A stretch of DNA of 64,000 nucleotides, from positions 49,786,001-49,850,000 of the forward strand of contig NC_042998.1 in NCBI RefSeq assembly GCF_006345805.1, given 5' to 3'. The translations under genes and the position numbers were made by a program. Below the pieces are notes generated by a model that worked only from the letters and a program-made list of their open reading frames with translations, was not told the origin of the DNA and did not search any database. Source of the DNA: Octopus sinensis (lineage: Eukaryota). Positions 27,138-40,620 of the stretch are shown here, piece by piece; positions within the stretch are counted from its first letter, which is position 1; each line of letters starts with the position of its first letter.

Positions 27138-27548
27138 TTCTTTTAATTGTTTCAGTCATTTGACGGTGGCCATGGTGGAGCACGGCCTTGAAGGATTTTA
27201 GTCGAACAAATCGACCTTAGGACTTATTTTATGAAGCCTAGTACTTATTCTATCGGTTTCTTTTGCTGAATCGCTAAGTTACAGAGACGTAAACACATCA
27301 ACACCGGTTGTCAAGCTGTGATAGGAGAGACAGCTACACACTCACACAAACACACACACAAACACACACATACATACACACACACACATGCACACACATG
27401 ACGGGCCTCTTTTGGTTTCCGTTTACCAAATCCACTCAGAAGGCTTTGGTTTTATTGTAGAAGAAACTTGCCCAAAGTGCCACGCAGTGGGATTGAACTC
27501 GGAACCATGTGACTGGGAAACAAGCTTCTTACTACACAAGCATGCCAT
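27138..27548 (-). mobile_element. Type C SINE (diverged)
   Basis: Same head, CORE-like motif and TGACTGAAACAA tail as 11620-12039. Confidence 0.85.
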
Positions 27549-27710
27549 ATATACTTTAACTAATTTTAACTATCCCGAATTTTAATTGTTGCTCCTCATT
27601 GTATCTTTTAGTTCGCTTCCATCACCACTTGAGACTTTCTCCAATATTTTTACCTATTCAAGCATATCCTCCCATATATATATATATATATATATATATA
27701 GATATATATA

Positions 27711-27793
<83 letters not shown>

Positions 27794-27798
<5 letters not shown>

Positions 27799-28298
27799 TT
27801 ACCGTTAAGTGGTTAACTCTAGTGCTAAAAATAGCTCCTTATCTGGTATAGCCACCGAAGTTGTTTCCACAAAGAAATAAGATTACCTTCAACGTAAGGA
27901 AAGTGAAATACAACGAAAAGATAGATTAATGCTGAAGAATTGTTTCTTTATTAATATAATATGCAATTATACTCACATATTTGTCTATAAGTTATCAGCA
28001 GCATTTGTCTTCGATACAATTTATTAGACCCTCACGAGCGTCAAATACCCATGCGGTCCAATCGATTGCATACATAGTTGTGATTCAGGTTCCCCGCCAA
28101 AAGCATGGTAAGACTTAATGGAAACGAATACTAATATTAATAAAGAAACAATTGTTCAGCATTAATCTATCTTTTCGTTGTATTTCACTTTCATTACGTT
28201 GAAGGTAATGTTATTTCTTTGTGGAAACAACTTCGGTGGTTATACCAGAATAAGGAGCTATTTTTAGCACTAGAGTTAACCACTTAACGGTAACTCTC
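27794..28298. mobile_element. ~505-bp element with ~165-bp terminal inverted repeats embedded in (TA)n (MITE or fold-back like)
   Basis: Arms 27794-27957 and 28134-28298 are near-perfect reverse complements (GAGAGTTACCG...CGGTAACTCTC). Confidence 0.75.
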
Positions 28299-28305
28299 TT
28301 ATATT

Positions 28306-28342
<37 letters not shown>

Positions 28343-28595
28343 AATACACATTCCTGGCAACTTCTACGTACATAATAATTGCTTGTAGGGACGCCGTATT
28401 TCATTTCGTAGCTATAATATACTCCCAAATATATTAAAGGTTTCCGAGTCAATACTGTGTCCTACTGTTTGTGTGAGCAGTCCAATTTAATCACTTTTAA
28501 GTTAACACTAAAAGTGCGACACACAAACTTACGACTTACTCAAACAATATAAGCACATGCACCTATGACTTATTTTGGTATCTTCCATCACAATC

Positions 28596-28658
<63 letters not shown>

Positions 28659-28853
28659 CATATATATATATCATATATATCATATATATATATCATAAAC
28701 AATAATAAAATTTATGTGCGTTGTGTGTGTATGAATATGATAATAAGAATACAGCGGAAAATCGAAAATACATAAAATACATTTAAATATTAAATATTTG
28801 GACAGCTGACTCACTCTGAAACACGCATATACGTATGCATGTATATATATATA

Positions 28854-28895
<42 letters not shown>

Positions 28896-28934
28896 CATAT
28901 ATATATACATCTATACATAAGTATAATATATATA

Positions 28935-28972
<38 letters not shown>

Positions 28973-29399
28973 GATATATATGTATACATAAGTCTATATA
29001 TATATATACATTTACGTATAAATACACACACACACACACCACACACACACACACACACTATATATATATATATTATAAGGTATAATATGCACCATAAAAC
29101 GTAATATAAATATACGTGGGTGAGTGTATATACTTGATAATAATAAAGCAAAAAATTAACTATGCATGAAAATATTGTGGCAAATTAAATAAGGAAATAT
29201 TTATGCATTAGCTAAGTTTTAAAGGAATGTCTAACTCACACTGTATACACACACATCTGTACCTTTATAAATAAATTAAAACATCCATAAATTGGCGTAG
29301 TACCAACTATATATATATAATATATATATTTATTTAGGTAGCTAGGTTCTGTTTCTAAAGGATGTTTAAACAGATATTTAAATCATATTTTCCTTTGTT

Positions 29400-29615
29400 A
29401 TACGTTTGAATGGGTTAGGGTTAGCAACCACGAATGGAAATCTACCATTAAGAGGAATTTTTAACCGTCTTACGGTTGAGTCAGTCCTTCTATATAGAGC
29501 AACAGCCTGAACGCTCACCAGAAAAAAAACAAAAAAAATTGGGATTCAACTTAGATGGAATTCACACCCGAATGTTAAGTGCAGTCTTAAAAGTATCTTG
29601 GGAAAATCATTCAAT
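29400..29615 (+). mobile_element. RTE-clade LINE fragment (RT C-terminal region)
   Basis: TVESVLLY.AT.*TLT...LDGIHTRMLSAVLKVSW. Confidence 0.75.
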
Positions 29616-30280
29616 CAATACATCTGCTTGTTGTTCATACACCTGTCTTCGTCTTTTGTTTTTCTGTAAATACAGAAATGTCGAACGATGAAAATGAGTG
29701 CTCAACACCGCACTGGTGTATAGAATTTCTTTATTTCTATATTAAGCCAACTATTGGCTTCATGTTAATAAAAATATCTTAATATCTTGAGCCGATCACA
29801 TATAAGAATGGTGTTTGTTTTCATTTTGAATATTTTCAAGATCCAGTAGAATCAGGATATTTTAATAACAAGGGCATCCTACAAACGAATCGAGAGTTTT
29901 TCCTTCTTTTTCTTTTTCCCTTTCAACTTCATTTTTCTTTTTCTTTCTCCCTTTCCATCCCTTGACAAATTTATTTCGATGTAGATTTAACATTGAAATA
30001 GCATCCCCTATTTACTCACCCAAATGACACCGAAGTGAGAGAGTCAATATGAATTACATACTACATGTGTCAAAAATCCTAAATGTTAAAATTTACTCCT
30101 AATTCAGCTGAAGGAAACTATTTTTTTTTACATGATGTTATTGATTGTTCGTCAACAATAATTACGTCTGAAACAGCTGTAGTGAACCTCAGCCCATCAG
30201 TTATAATATATATATATATATATGCGCGTATGTGTGTGTGTGTGTATGTGTGTGTGTCTGTGTGTGTTTGCATTGGGACC

Positions 30281-30378
30281 CCTTCGCATCGAAGACTGGT
30301 GATTATCGTGCGCTGACGACGGGTATATACCCAGAAACTCGGATCCGTGCGTATCACGTCAGGTCGACGATGGGAAGG
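30281..30378 (+). ncRNA. Type I hammerhead-ribozyme-like motif (CUGACGA core) in a long hairpin
   Basis: Stem I cgtgcg/cgtgcg plus gtgat/atcac; core 30313-30319; stem II GGGT-ATAT-ACCC; GAAA 30334-30337; UC 30344-30345. Stem III is mismatched. Confidence 0.6.
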
Positions 30379-30513
30379 ATGGCTTCCCTTTGCAAATACT
30401 GATAGGACACAGAAAGTGTGTCAATAGCCAGCTGGAGAAGATGTTCTCCTGGGGATACAAGCTACAGTAGCATCCACCCTTAGTGGTTAGCCACATTTAA
30501 GTGGCAAATATAC

Positions 30514-30554
<41 letters not shown>

Positions 30555-30572
30555 TTATATACTTACATATAT

Positions 30573-30752
30573 ATATCTTTTATCTTTTACTCGTTCCAAT
30601 CATTAGACCGCGGCCATGTTGGGCATCGCCTCGGACAGTTTATAGTCCAATGTATCGATCCCAGTACTTTTTAAAGCATGGTGCTTATTCCATCGATCTC
30701 TTTTGCCCCGAACCGGTCGTCAAGTGGTAGAGAGGGGACAATTACAGACACA

Positions 30753-30801
<49 letters not shown>

Positions 30802-30972
30802 GTATCTCTCTCTCTATCTATCTATATGACGGGCTTCTTCCAATTTCCGTCTAGCAAATCCACTCACAAAGCTTTAGTCGCCCTGAGGTTATAGTTAAAG
30901 ACACTTGCCAAGGTGACATGAAGTGGGACTGAACCCGGAACCATGTAGTTGGGAAGCAAACTTCTTACCACA
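30573..30972 (-). mobile_element. Type C SINE
   Basis: Head, CORE-like region, internal (TC)/(TATC) repeat and tail GAACGAGTAAAAGATAAAAGA. Confidence 0.85.
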
Positions 30973-30989
30973 TATCTACATCTGCACCA

Positions 30990-31027
<38 letters not shown>

Positions 31028-31494
31028 ACACACACACACAACACACACACACACACACACACACACCACACACATATATATGTATATATATTTGTATATA
31101 TGTGTATGCACCTATGAGTGTATGCGTGTGCATAGCATAGCCCCTCACCTCCTTTCTCTCTCTCTCTGTTTATATATAGTTGCTGTACAGATACTGAATC
31201 AACCATTGATACAGAAATAAGCATTCATATTCTCTCAAGTTAAAGAGACTCTCTTTTCCATAATGACATGTTGATTCCGACGAATTGTTGGTTCCTTGAG
31301 ATTGTCGCAAATTATCTCACACACAGTGTCGTAGCGTCGTTTGTAATTACCTGAGGCTGTTTGTGTCTTTATACTAGAGCGAGAATAATTAGAATAATTA
31401 TAGTAGATGAAGAATTTATTTTGTATGGTGTATCTTATCCAAATTTATCGTGGCTACTCTTCATATATTTCTCCCACCCTGGTTTTGTTGATGC

Positions 31495-31695
31495 CTACAT
31501 ACATACATACATACATACATACATACATACATAATACATACATACATACATACATACGTACGTACATACATACATACATGCATACATACATATATACACA
31601 CGCACATACATACATTCGTGCATACATACATACATGCATACATACATGCATACATACATACATACATACATACATACCTATATACATATATATGC

Positions 31696-31744
<49 letters not shown>

Positions 31745-31821
31745 CAGGAATATGCATACATCTATACATACATATATTTATATATATACATATATGTATA
31801 TGTACATACATACATACATAC

Positions 31822-31871
<50 letters not shown>

Positions 31872-32039
31872 TATATATATATACATACATATATAATACA
31901 TGTAAGTACGTACATACATCCATCAGACTCACACGCGCACACACAGACACATACCTACATATAGACATACACACATCCATCCATCCATCCATACATACAT
32001 ACATACACACATACATACATACATACATACATACATACA

Positions 32040-32070
<31 letters not shown>
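31495..32070. repeat. (TACA)n/(TA)n compound microsatellite
   Basis: Direct reading. Confidence 0.95.
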
Positions 32071-32071
<1 letters not shown>

Positions 32072-33052
32072 CACATGCACGTACACACAGACATATATTT
32101 AGAATATCAAGAATCAAAAAGACGATAAATGATACGAATAATGTTAACACCCGGAAAAGTGTAAGGAGAGTAAAGTAAAGTAAAAAAAAAAAGAACCTCA
32201 CAAAAACAAAAGACAAATAAACAAATCAAAGAAAAAAAACAAACAAACAAGAAATTTAAGAGCAAAATGGAGAGAAACAGAAGATAGATCGTACGAGGAG
32301 AGCACAAAATAGTAGAGAAAGAGCAAAAAAAAAAAGTAGCAAATATTCAAAGATTTAAAAATCAATCATTGTTTGACAGTAAAGACATTTTTTCTCATTG
32401 TTTTTTCGGTGTCATTCATTGATTCATTGAAACGTTTATCTTCGTAGAGAAAGAATAAAAACAAAAATAATTTCTACCTATATAGTTGATGCTTAAAAAT
32501 GTTATACATCGATGTTACTCTCATATGACAGAGAAAGAGAAGAAAGGTATGGTGAGCTGTTTTTAGATTCGTAACTTTTACTGTCTTTACTCTCGCAGCC
32601 ACCCATTCTCTCTGATTCTGTTTTCTGTTTCATCCCACTCTTTCGGCGATTCTCACCTTCTCCGTCGATCTGTCTGCCTGCCTGTCGGTCTGTTTCTCTC
32701 CTTCATTCTTCCGCTTTCCCTCTCTCTCTATCTCTATCTCACCCCCTCTCTCTCTCTCTTAAGAATCAATCCTCTCCTCACAAACAATGTCTTCCATACC
32801 ATTCTTCAACATTGAGTATTATTACACCCACTTCCTCTTTGTATGAGTGAGCTTATTCTACATTTCGTTGCACACTCTCACTAACATATACACATACATA
32901 GAAGCATGCGTAAACACACACACACACACACCTACATACATATATACATACACGTAGAAACATATATTTATGCATGCATGTATATGTATATATGTAAATC
33001 TATATTATATATGTATGAGTGTGAGTATATGTTTACACACACAAGATAAAAC

Positions 33053-33104
<52 letters not shown>

Positions 33105-33391
33105 TGTGGTGTGTGTGTGTGTTGTGGTGTGTGTGTATATATATATATATATACATAAATACATATATATATATCATATACTGCATATATATAATATGTG
33201 TGTGTGTGATGTATAATATATATATACATACATATATATAATAATACTATGCATGCATGTATATATATATATATATAGTTATATATATATATATATATAT
33301 CATATATATATTACATATGCATGCATGTATATATATAATATTATATATATATATATATATACACATTTATAACTATATATATATACATTCA

Positions 33392-33432
<41 letters not shown>

Positions 33433-34529
33433 TATAGATAATACATGTAGAGAAACACAGATAAACATATAAGTACAGGTACTTGTGTAAGTATCTGTGC
33501 ATATGTATAAATATATATGCACGCACACACAAATACGTATAGATATATATGGACATATGTTTATATCTGTGTTATATATATGTGTGTGTGTGTGAGTGTC
33601 TGTGTGTGTGAGAGAGAGAGAGAGAGTGCTATGTGTGTGGAGTCTACTTGTATGGACAGCGAGATAACTTTTGATTCATCTTAATGTATATCCATCCATA
33701 CATCTCCTGTTTTATTAACCATTACGTTTGTTCTCATCGTCCAAACACACGCACGCGCATACACGCTCAGCTGTCCTCACATCACATATTTACAACTTTA
33801 CTCCCCCTCTCTCTTTTTCTCATATCGTTCACATCTTCACTCCTCTTCCTCTCTTACAGTTTCTTATTTTCCCGTTTTCCTCCCCAACCTCTCCTTCATT
33901 TCATCTTTGTGTTTGTTTCTTTTTACACCCTTTTTTTCTCTCGTTTAATAATCAAACGTTTCTCTTCTCTGATTTGATCATCCCCTCTTTCCTTTCCACG
34001 AAATACTTCTCCTCACAGAAACCGACGTTGCTGAGACCAAGAATTTACCTATAATTTCATGATACACTTTTTCCCCCGTTTTGTTTTGTATCTTTTTGCC
34101 TTACGTTGCTTCAATTCTTTGAACTTTGGCGATTTCGGATTCACTCGAAAGATATTCCCATTACCGCTCCACTCCTGCAGATAAACGCCAGGATTCTTCT
34201 GTAAGTTAGAAATAGAATTTTTTTTTTATTTTATGTTTTTAAAGATAGATGTTAAAAAAGCAGTTTATTTATTTATTGTTGAATTATTTCGTTTCGTTTG
34301 ATTTCTATTTTTAGAGATATTAGAACACATCTTCAGCTTGATGAATGATCAAATAAATTGTATTTCTACCACACCTAGCGTATCCCCCCCACTCTCTACC
34401 TCTTACACTCTCTTACTCCCTCCCCCTCTCTTTTTGTATGTATGTCTGTCTCTCTCTCTTTCTCATCAACATTGGAAAGTCTTCGCACTTGGAGAAATTG
34501 AACAAAGTCGGCTTTGTCGAAAATCAAAG

Positions 34530-34555
34530 ATAATGATGATGATGATAATGTTGAT

Positions 34556-34595
<40 letters not shown>

Positions 34596-34890
34596 GATGA
34601 TGATGATGATTGATGATGATGATGATGATGATGATCACGACGACGACAACGACGACGATAATAAAGGCTGTTGTGTTGATGAAGATGATAGCGATGGTGC
34701 TGGTGATGACGATGATGATAAAGACGGCCGATGGCTGGTGTTGGTGGTGTTTGTGGTAATGGTGATGACGATGATGATGACGATTAAAATAAGACTAACA
34801 AAAGCATAAACAACGTCAGCAACAACGTCAACTACGTCAATAGAAACTGAAACTCTTATAATAAACAGCATCAACTTCAACGCCAACGCC

Positions 34891-34921
<31 letters not shown>

Positions 34922-35305
34922 CCAACATCAACAACAAATAACATGGTAATAACAGCAAAACTAACAACAAAAACAACATCCGTATCATAAGTAAAGTAGC
35001 AGCTGTAGTAGCAAAAGAAACTTTAAAAAAAAATCTCTCATTCCTTTCTTTAGAAGAATCCAATGAAAACAAAACAAAACAAAACATAACAAAAAAATAA
35101 AAATAAACAAAAATATATAGTAAATAATTAAATAATTAAAACATTGTGATTGTTTCATTGGCTTTTGAGTGATTGTAATTTTCTATAGACAAAGGTGTAG
35201 CATGGACGAAGCGTGGTGGCAGTAACACACAAACGGCAGTTAAGATAACGGCATCATCATCGTCATCATCATCATCATCGTCATCATCATCATCATCAAA
35301 AATCG

Positions 35306-35352
<47 letters not shown>

Positions 35353-35445
35353 TTCATCATCATCGTCGTTGTCGTTGTCGTCATCATCATCATCATCATT
35401 AACATCATCGTTGTCGTCGTCGTCGTCATCATCATCATCATCACG
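34530..35445. repeat. (GAT)n, (CAA)n and (TCA)n trinucleotide arrays
   Basis: Direct reading. Confidence 0.93.
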
Positions 35446-35520
35446 AAGAACAGCTACTACAAAAGCAGCAAGGCTAGCAAGTAGAACATCATGGACATCA
35501 TTACCAAAAGGAATAATCCT

Positions 35521-35720
35521 TTATTTACTATGGGAACAAGGCATGAAATTTGGAGAGGAAGGGTTCGTCGATTACATCGACCTCCACCCCAGGCTTGACT
35601 GCTACTTATTTTATCAACCCTGAAAAGATGAAACGCAAAGTCAACCTCGGAGGAATTTGAGCTCAGAACGTAAAAATAACGGACGAAATGCCGTTAAGTA
35701 TTTTGTCCAGCTCACTGCCT
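35521..35720 (-). mobile_element. Type M SINE (diverged)
   Basis: Reverse-complement head and core. Confidence 0.8.
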
Positions 35721-35804
35721 TTCGCAACAAAATAACAATAGAAACAAATGGAACAAAAGTAACATAAAATAAAACATAATAGAAACAACAATAAAAATAG
35801 TAAC

Positions 35805-36172
35805 AACAAGAGCACTCAGACAGCGCAAACCTCCGCCCTCTCAACGATTAACTGGAGATGAATTTTAAAATGAGAATATCTGAAATAAAATCGACTGCTC
35901 ACACAAACGAGTATACTAAAAACGAACCCGTTAAGTAAAAAAAACAAAAAAAAACAAAAAACGGAAAAATAATCCAGAATCATTGTCCAGCACTGGATCG
36001 AACCCAAAATCTAATCAGTTCGTGCCAGTCACAAGGCCAAACATCCCTGAAAGTTTCATCCGAATCCATCCAGTGGTTCTTGAGATATCTTGCCCACGGA
36101 TAAACAAGGAAACAAACAAACAAACAAACACTACTGAAAACAATACCTCCGCTTTTGCTATGGTGGAGGTAA
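35805..36172 (+). mobile_element. Helentron-associated non-autonomous element (HINE/DINE-1-like)
   Basis: 5' AACAAGAGC...ACCTCCGCC subterminal repeat, internal (CAAA)n, and a 3' TACCTCCGC...GTGGAGGTA stem-loop that is inverted to the 5' motif. Confidence 0.75.
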
Positions 36173-36249
36173 TAACGACGAATCGGACAATAACGATATA
36201 CTTGCAGTCAGTTTTCACAATTATGATTGTTCATGGTTTTGGTATGACT

Positions 36250-36530
36250 TGATAAGCTTTCTCCATACCAGTCGATTTTCCCATTGAGTTTGCCATTTAT
36301 TATGAGCAATTTCTTTCCACTCCATTTACCTTTTTGCAGTACCTTTGAATCTCAGTCTAAATGTACCATTGTTTCTTTTTCCCTTTTTGCTTATAAATTG
36401 TCCACTTGGACTTTATAGACTGTCTGGGCTTCAGCTCCATACAACACGGAAGCAAGCCCTATAGAGCTTACATTTTTACTTGTATTGAAACATGCCTGTC
36501 TTTCTAATGTAGCAGCAACAGGAGCAAGAA
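36250..36530 (-). mobile_element. RTE (BovB-like) LINE fragment
   Basis: SVLYGAEAQTVYKVQVDNL, matching the LLYGxExW motif region; decayed. Confidence 0.65.
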
Positions 36531-36586
36531 GAAAAAGAAAAAGAACAACAGCATCAAAATGATAACACTGCAACAATATCCTCATC

Positions 36587-36686
36587 NNNNNNNNNNNNNN
36601 NNNNNNNNNNNNNNNNNNNNNNNNNNNNNNNNNNNNNNNNNNNNNNNNNNNNNNNNNNNNNNNNNNNNNNNNNNNNNNNNNNNNNN
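36587..36686. other. Assembly gap (100 N)
   Basis: Exactly 100 N, a typical scaffolding placeholder. Confidence 0.99.
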
Positions 36687-36981
36687 ATGGCTTAAATGTT
36701 GACGTCTGAGATTTGCGAAAGAGCAATTTTTCTTTGATCTTGACTTTGAGGAAGCAATTATCGTATTCGACAACACGTATAGAACGCGGAATTGTCTTGC
36801 CAAATAAACAACCAACTCTTAAAGACCAGCTTGATAAGACATCACATAAATTTAATTAAAAATTCCATTAAGTGTAACCCACCCACGTATATATATATAT
36901 ATAACTATATATATATATATATCTATATATATATATATATAGATAGATATATAAATATATAAATAACAGAAGAATATATAG

Positions 36982-37014
<33 letters not shown>

Positions 37015-37060
37015 AACACAAGAATATATATATATATATAATAGAGATATATATATGTAA

Positions 37061-37262
37061 TTCTTTTATTTGTTTCAGTCATTTGACTGCGGCCATGCTG
37101 GAGCATCAACTTTAGTCGAGCAAATCGACCCCAGTACTTATTCTTTGTAAGCCAAGTACTTATTCTATCAGATTTTTGCCGAACCGGCTAAGTTACGGTG
37201 ACATAAAGACACCATCGGTTTGTCAAGCGATGGAGGGGGGGGGGCAAACGCAGACCACAAAC
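37061..37262 (-). mobile_element. Type C SINE, 3' half
   Basis: Tail and middle region, ending in the internal (TA)n. Confidence 0.85.
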
Positions 37263-37292
37263 ATACGCTATATAAATATATACATTTTAATT

Positions 37293-37335
<43 letters not shown>

Positions 37336-37349
37336 ATATTCTATATATA

Positions 37350-37440
<91 letters not shown>

Positions 37441-37444
<4 letters not shown>

Positions 37445-39840
37445 TTTACTCGTTTCAGCCATGATCTTTCTGACTTTCCCAGCCTGGCTGTTTCACGTCA
37501 CCGCTCCTGTATGTGCCTTTATCCCAGCTGTTGGTACAAGTGATGTATAATTGAGTTTGATTCCGCCGCCCTTGTCTGTACCTTGTCGAGCTCTTGGTTA
37601 TTGTGGAGAGGAGAATGTCTAATTCGTTTTTGAAGATATCTACTTCCACCTTTTGCAAATTTCTTAATTTTTGTGGCAGAGCATTGAAAGGCTTTGGGCC
37701 TTTGAACCCTAGACTATTGCAATACCTGGTCCTGAATTTAGATGGAACCGACGGGTACCTTTAGTACAATACAATGGCGACCCGTTCAGGCATTTGTATA
37801 ACACTCAATGCCAAAGCTAGGTAGTAGTCCTTCTAGGATTTTCTATATGTATATTATTACGTATCTATTACGACTTCGCTCCAAGGAGTGGAGCTGTAGT
37901 TTTCTCAACCTATCCCTATAGCTCATCTACTTCACTGTTTCAATCTTTTTAGTGTTTGTGGCGTTGGACTGCTTCAAGCTCCGCTATTAGTTTGGCACTA
38001 TGTGGTGACCATAACTAGGAACAGTAGTCCAGGCGGCTGAGAACAAAGATTCTCCACAGGGTCAACATAATTTGTCTTGAAGGACCTCAGTATTTATCCT
38101 GTCATCTTGCTTATGTGCATATGAAATGATGTGCCATTGCACATGCTGATACCCAAGTCTTGACTAAAAACTCAAGGTATATCACACTGACATCTGAATG
38201 GTCAAGCCGCTGTTTCAAAACCCAGTCATAGCACTGAAAGAACTATGTGAGGCAGCTTCTTCCTGGGCAGAAGCCATGCTGAGTATTGTTCAGTTGGTCA
38301 TTTTCTTCTAGGAACATTATCAACTTCTTTCTGATGATTTGCTCCATGACTTTACTGATATGCAAAGTCAGAGAGATTGGCTTGTAGCTTTTGGCCTCTG
38401 CTCTGCTTCCACCTTTGTGAATAGGACATATAATACCTTCTTTCAGATTTTTAGGAAGTATAACACTTGCAAGGAAACTTTGGAAAAGTATCTGAAGGAG
38501 TTTCGTTAAAGCCTGCTTACTTTAGGAGAAAAGCTGGGAAGCCATCAAAACTAGTGGCGGAGCTTGAACTCATTTCATCTATGGCCGCTGTTATATATGC
38601 TTCCTCAATGTTGATGTAATCGATGGCTGGCGCCTCCTTTTTTAGAGTTGCAATATCAAAGAATTCAGCTGGATTTTTCATCTGCATGTGTCCAAGGGGG
38701 GAAGTGAAGACACTTTTAAATTGTTCACTGAGTATCTCACTTATTCTTCCTGGGTCTGCTGTCAGTGAGTCATTTTCTTGAAACAATGGTCCTATTTTAT
38801 ATTGTATTGTAGCTGTTTCCTTTGCGAACTTATAGAAAGCATTGAGATTTGTTTTTATGTTTTCCAAAGCCCTTCTCTCTCTCTCTCACTCTCTCTCTCT
38901 CTCTTTTCCTTTCCTTCCATGACAGTTTGATCTTGCTTTCAATTTCTATGAGAATCCGTGTTAAGACAGACTTCTCTCTATCCGTCAGTTGTCTATTCAG
39001 CCGCTTGAGATCTTCGACAAACGTCCCATGACGATTTTTCTGTCCCTGGGAATCTTGCTTGACGGTGTGCTGGCTTTTCTTTCTGGGATATATTTAGTGC
39101 ATATAGCTTGCCCTGTTGACATAAACTGGTTGAGTTTCAGATCAATGTCTTGCATACAAAGAATTTTGGACTAGTTTCGTTTGTGGATCTCTTTGTGGAT
39201 CGATTCCCATTTCGCCTTATGAAAATTCAGGTTGGATAATGCTCGAGCCCTCTTGATAGGGTAGATACCAACAGTTTGCAAAGCATCATACATAGTTAGT
39301 TCAACAATGTCGTGGTCTGAGAGTGCCGTTGGTGTCACCTTCACGTTATGGATAAGGTCCACATTATTTGTGAAGAATAGGTCCAATATGTTGTTCCCCA
39401 CTAGTTGGTCTGAGTATCACCTGCTCCATGAACAGCTTAGTAAGTTCAAATAATGACCCTACGTGCTTTTGTTCCCAGAGAAGATGTGGCTTTCTGGCCC
39501 TTTGACATGTGGGAAGTTGAAATCACCCAGGAAGAGTATGTTGAGGTTCTGATCTAGGTTTGTTAATACCTCTTCAATGTCTTTGAGGCTATTCTCAAAT
39601 TTTCCATCATATATTGTGGTATTCGGCGGATGATATATTGTGTACATAGCTACATCAGCTTGTTTTACATGTATTATTAAGGTGTCACAAACTGAGTTTG
39701 AATGTTACAATAATACAAGAGGTTTGACGTCTTCACGGATGTACATAGCAACTCCGCCGTGACTTCCTTCTCTTCTGACTGTACGAAGTACAGCATACTC
39801 TGGTATGTGTACTTCCGCACCTGTTACATCAAGGGCTATA
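37441..39840 (-). mobile_element. Decayed CR1-group LINE (APE endonuclease plus RT, internal deletions, intact 3' UTR)
   Basis: HGGVAMYIRE, YHPPN, LGDFNFP, NILDLFFTN, SDHDIV, YKPISLT..SKVME, QHGFCPGRSCLT, DLGISM, RLDYCS and GPKPFNALP motifs. Confidence 0.9.
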
Positions 39841-40620
39841 TGCGCACACACACACGCACGCACGCACAAAAGGGATCATACATACGTCTGTGTGCGCACA
39901 TAGACAAGAAAAAACAGGGCTAAGGGCAAAAATACAGGAAAATGTGTAAAAACACTAAAATACGTCTATATACGCACGTACTCGCATGCACGCACACACG
40001 CACAAATCTATATACGCATATACCCTCACAGACGCACACATCCACACGCGCGCACAATAGATTCCATATACACGTCTAAATACGCACAGGGAAAAATGCA
40101 GGGTGGAAGGTAGAATACAGAAAAAATATGTGTAAAAATGTATAAGCAATAAACCTCTATAAATATGTAAGAAATATATGTATAAAAAATATAAATAAAA
40201 ATATATAAGAAATATAAGTAAAAGGTATAAAGAGATAAAAAGCTTGTGCGTATACACAATATTGAAAGCAAGTTCTATCTGTAGTCTCGGGGGGGACCAA
40301 AAGCGTAACAAATATTTGGCCACGTATGGGCATGATCCGAAAAGTTCAGTTCTTGAATTTAGGCATGTAGCGGGGTCTAAGCTGCTTTTCCAGATGAGCC
40401 ATCTTTCCATATCACATAGACTACACTTTCCACTGGCGTTGGTAGAGGGCTTACATTTGGCTAAGATCTTCCAATGGATGTTGTAACTGACACCTTTATC
40501 TTTTAATGACCATATAACTGAAGAAATGGCGGCGTGGATTTCCACCTCGGCATCCAAAACTCGAAGTTTTATCATGGCTACCGAATAATAGTCACATATT
40601 ACATTTACGGATAAATATGT
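39841..40620 (-). mobile_element. Penelope-like element, GIY-YIG C-terminus and 3' flank
   Basis: ISSVIWSLKDKGVSYNIHWKILAKCKP...KCSLCDMERWLI...LNSRTELFGSC.YVAKYLL, matching the W.LK/W.IL/C.LC..E/LN.R.EL pattern of Penelope-like elements. Confidence 0.85.

Noticed and set aside
29412-29425. GGGTTAGGGTTAG telomere-like repeat
   Set aside because: Only about two units, at the edge of an RTE fragment; expected by chance.
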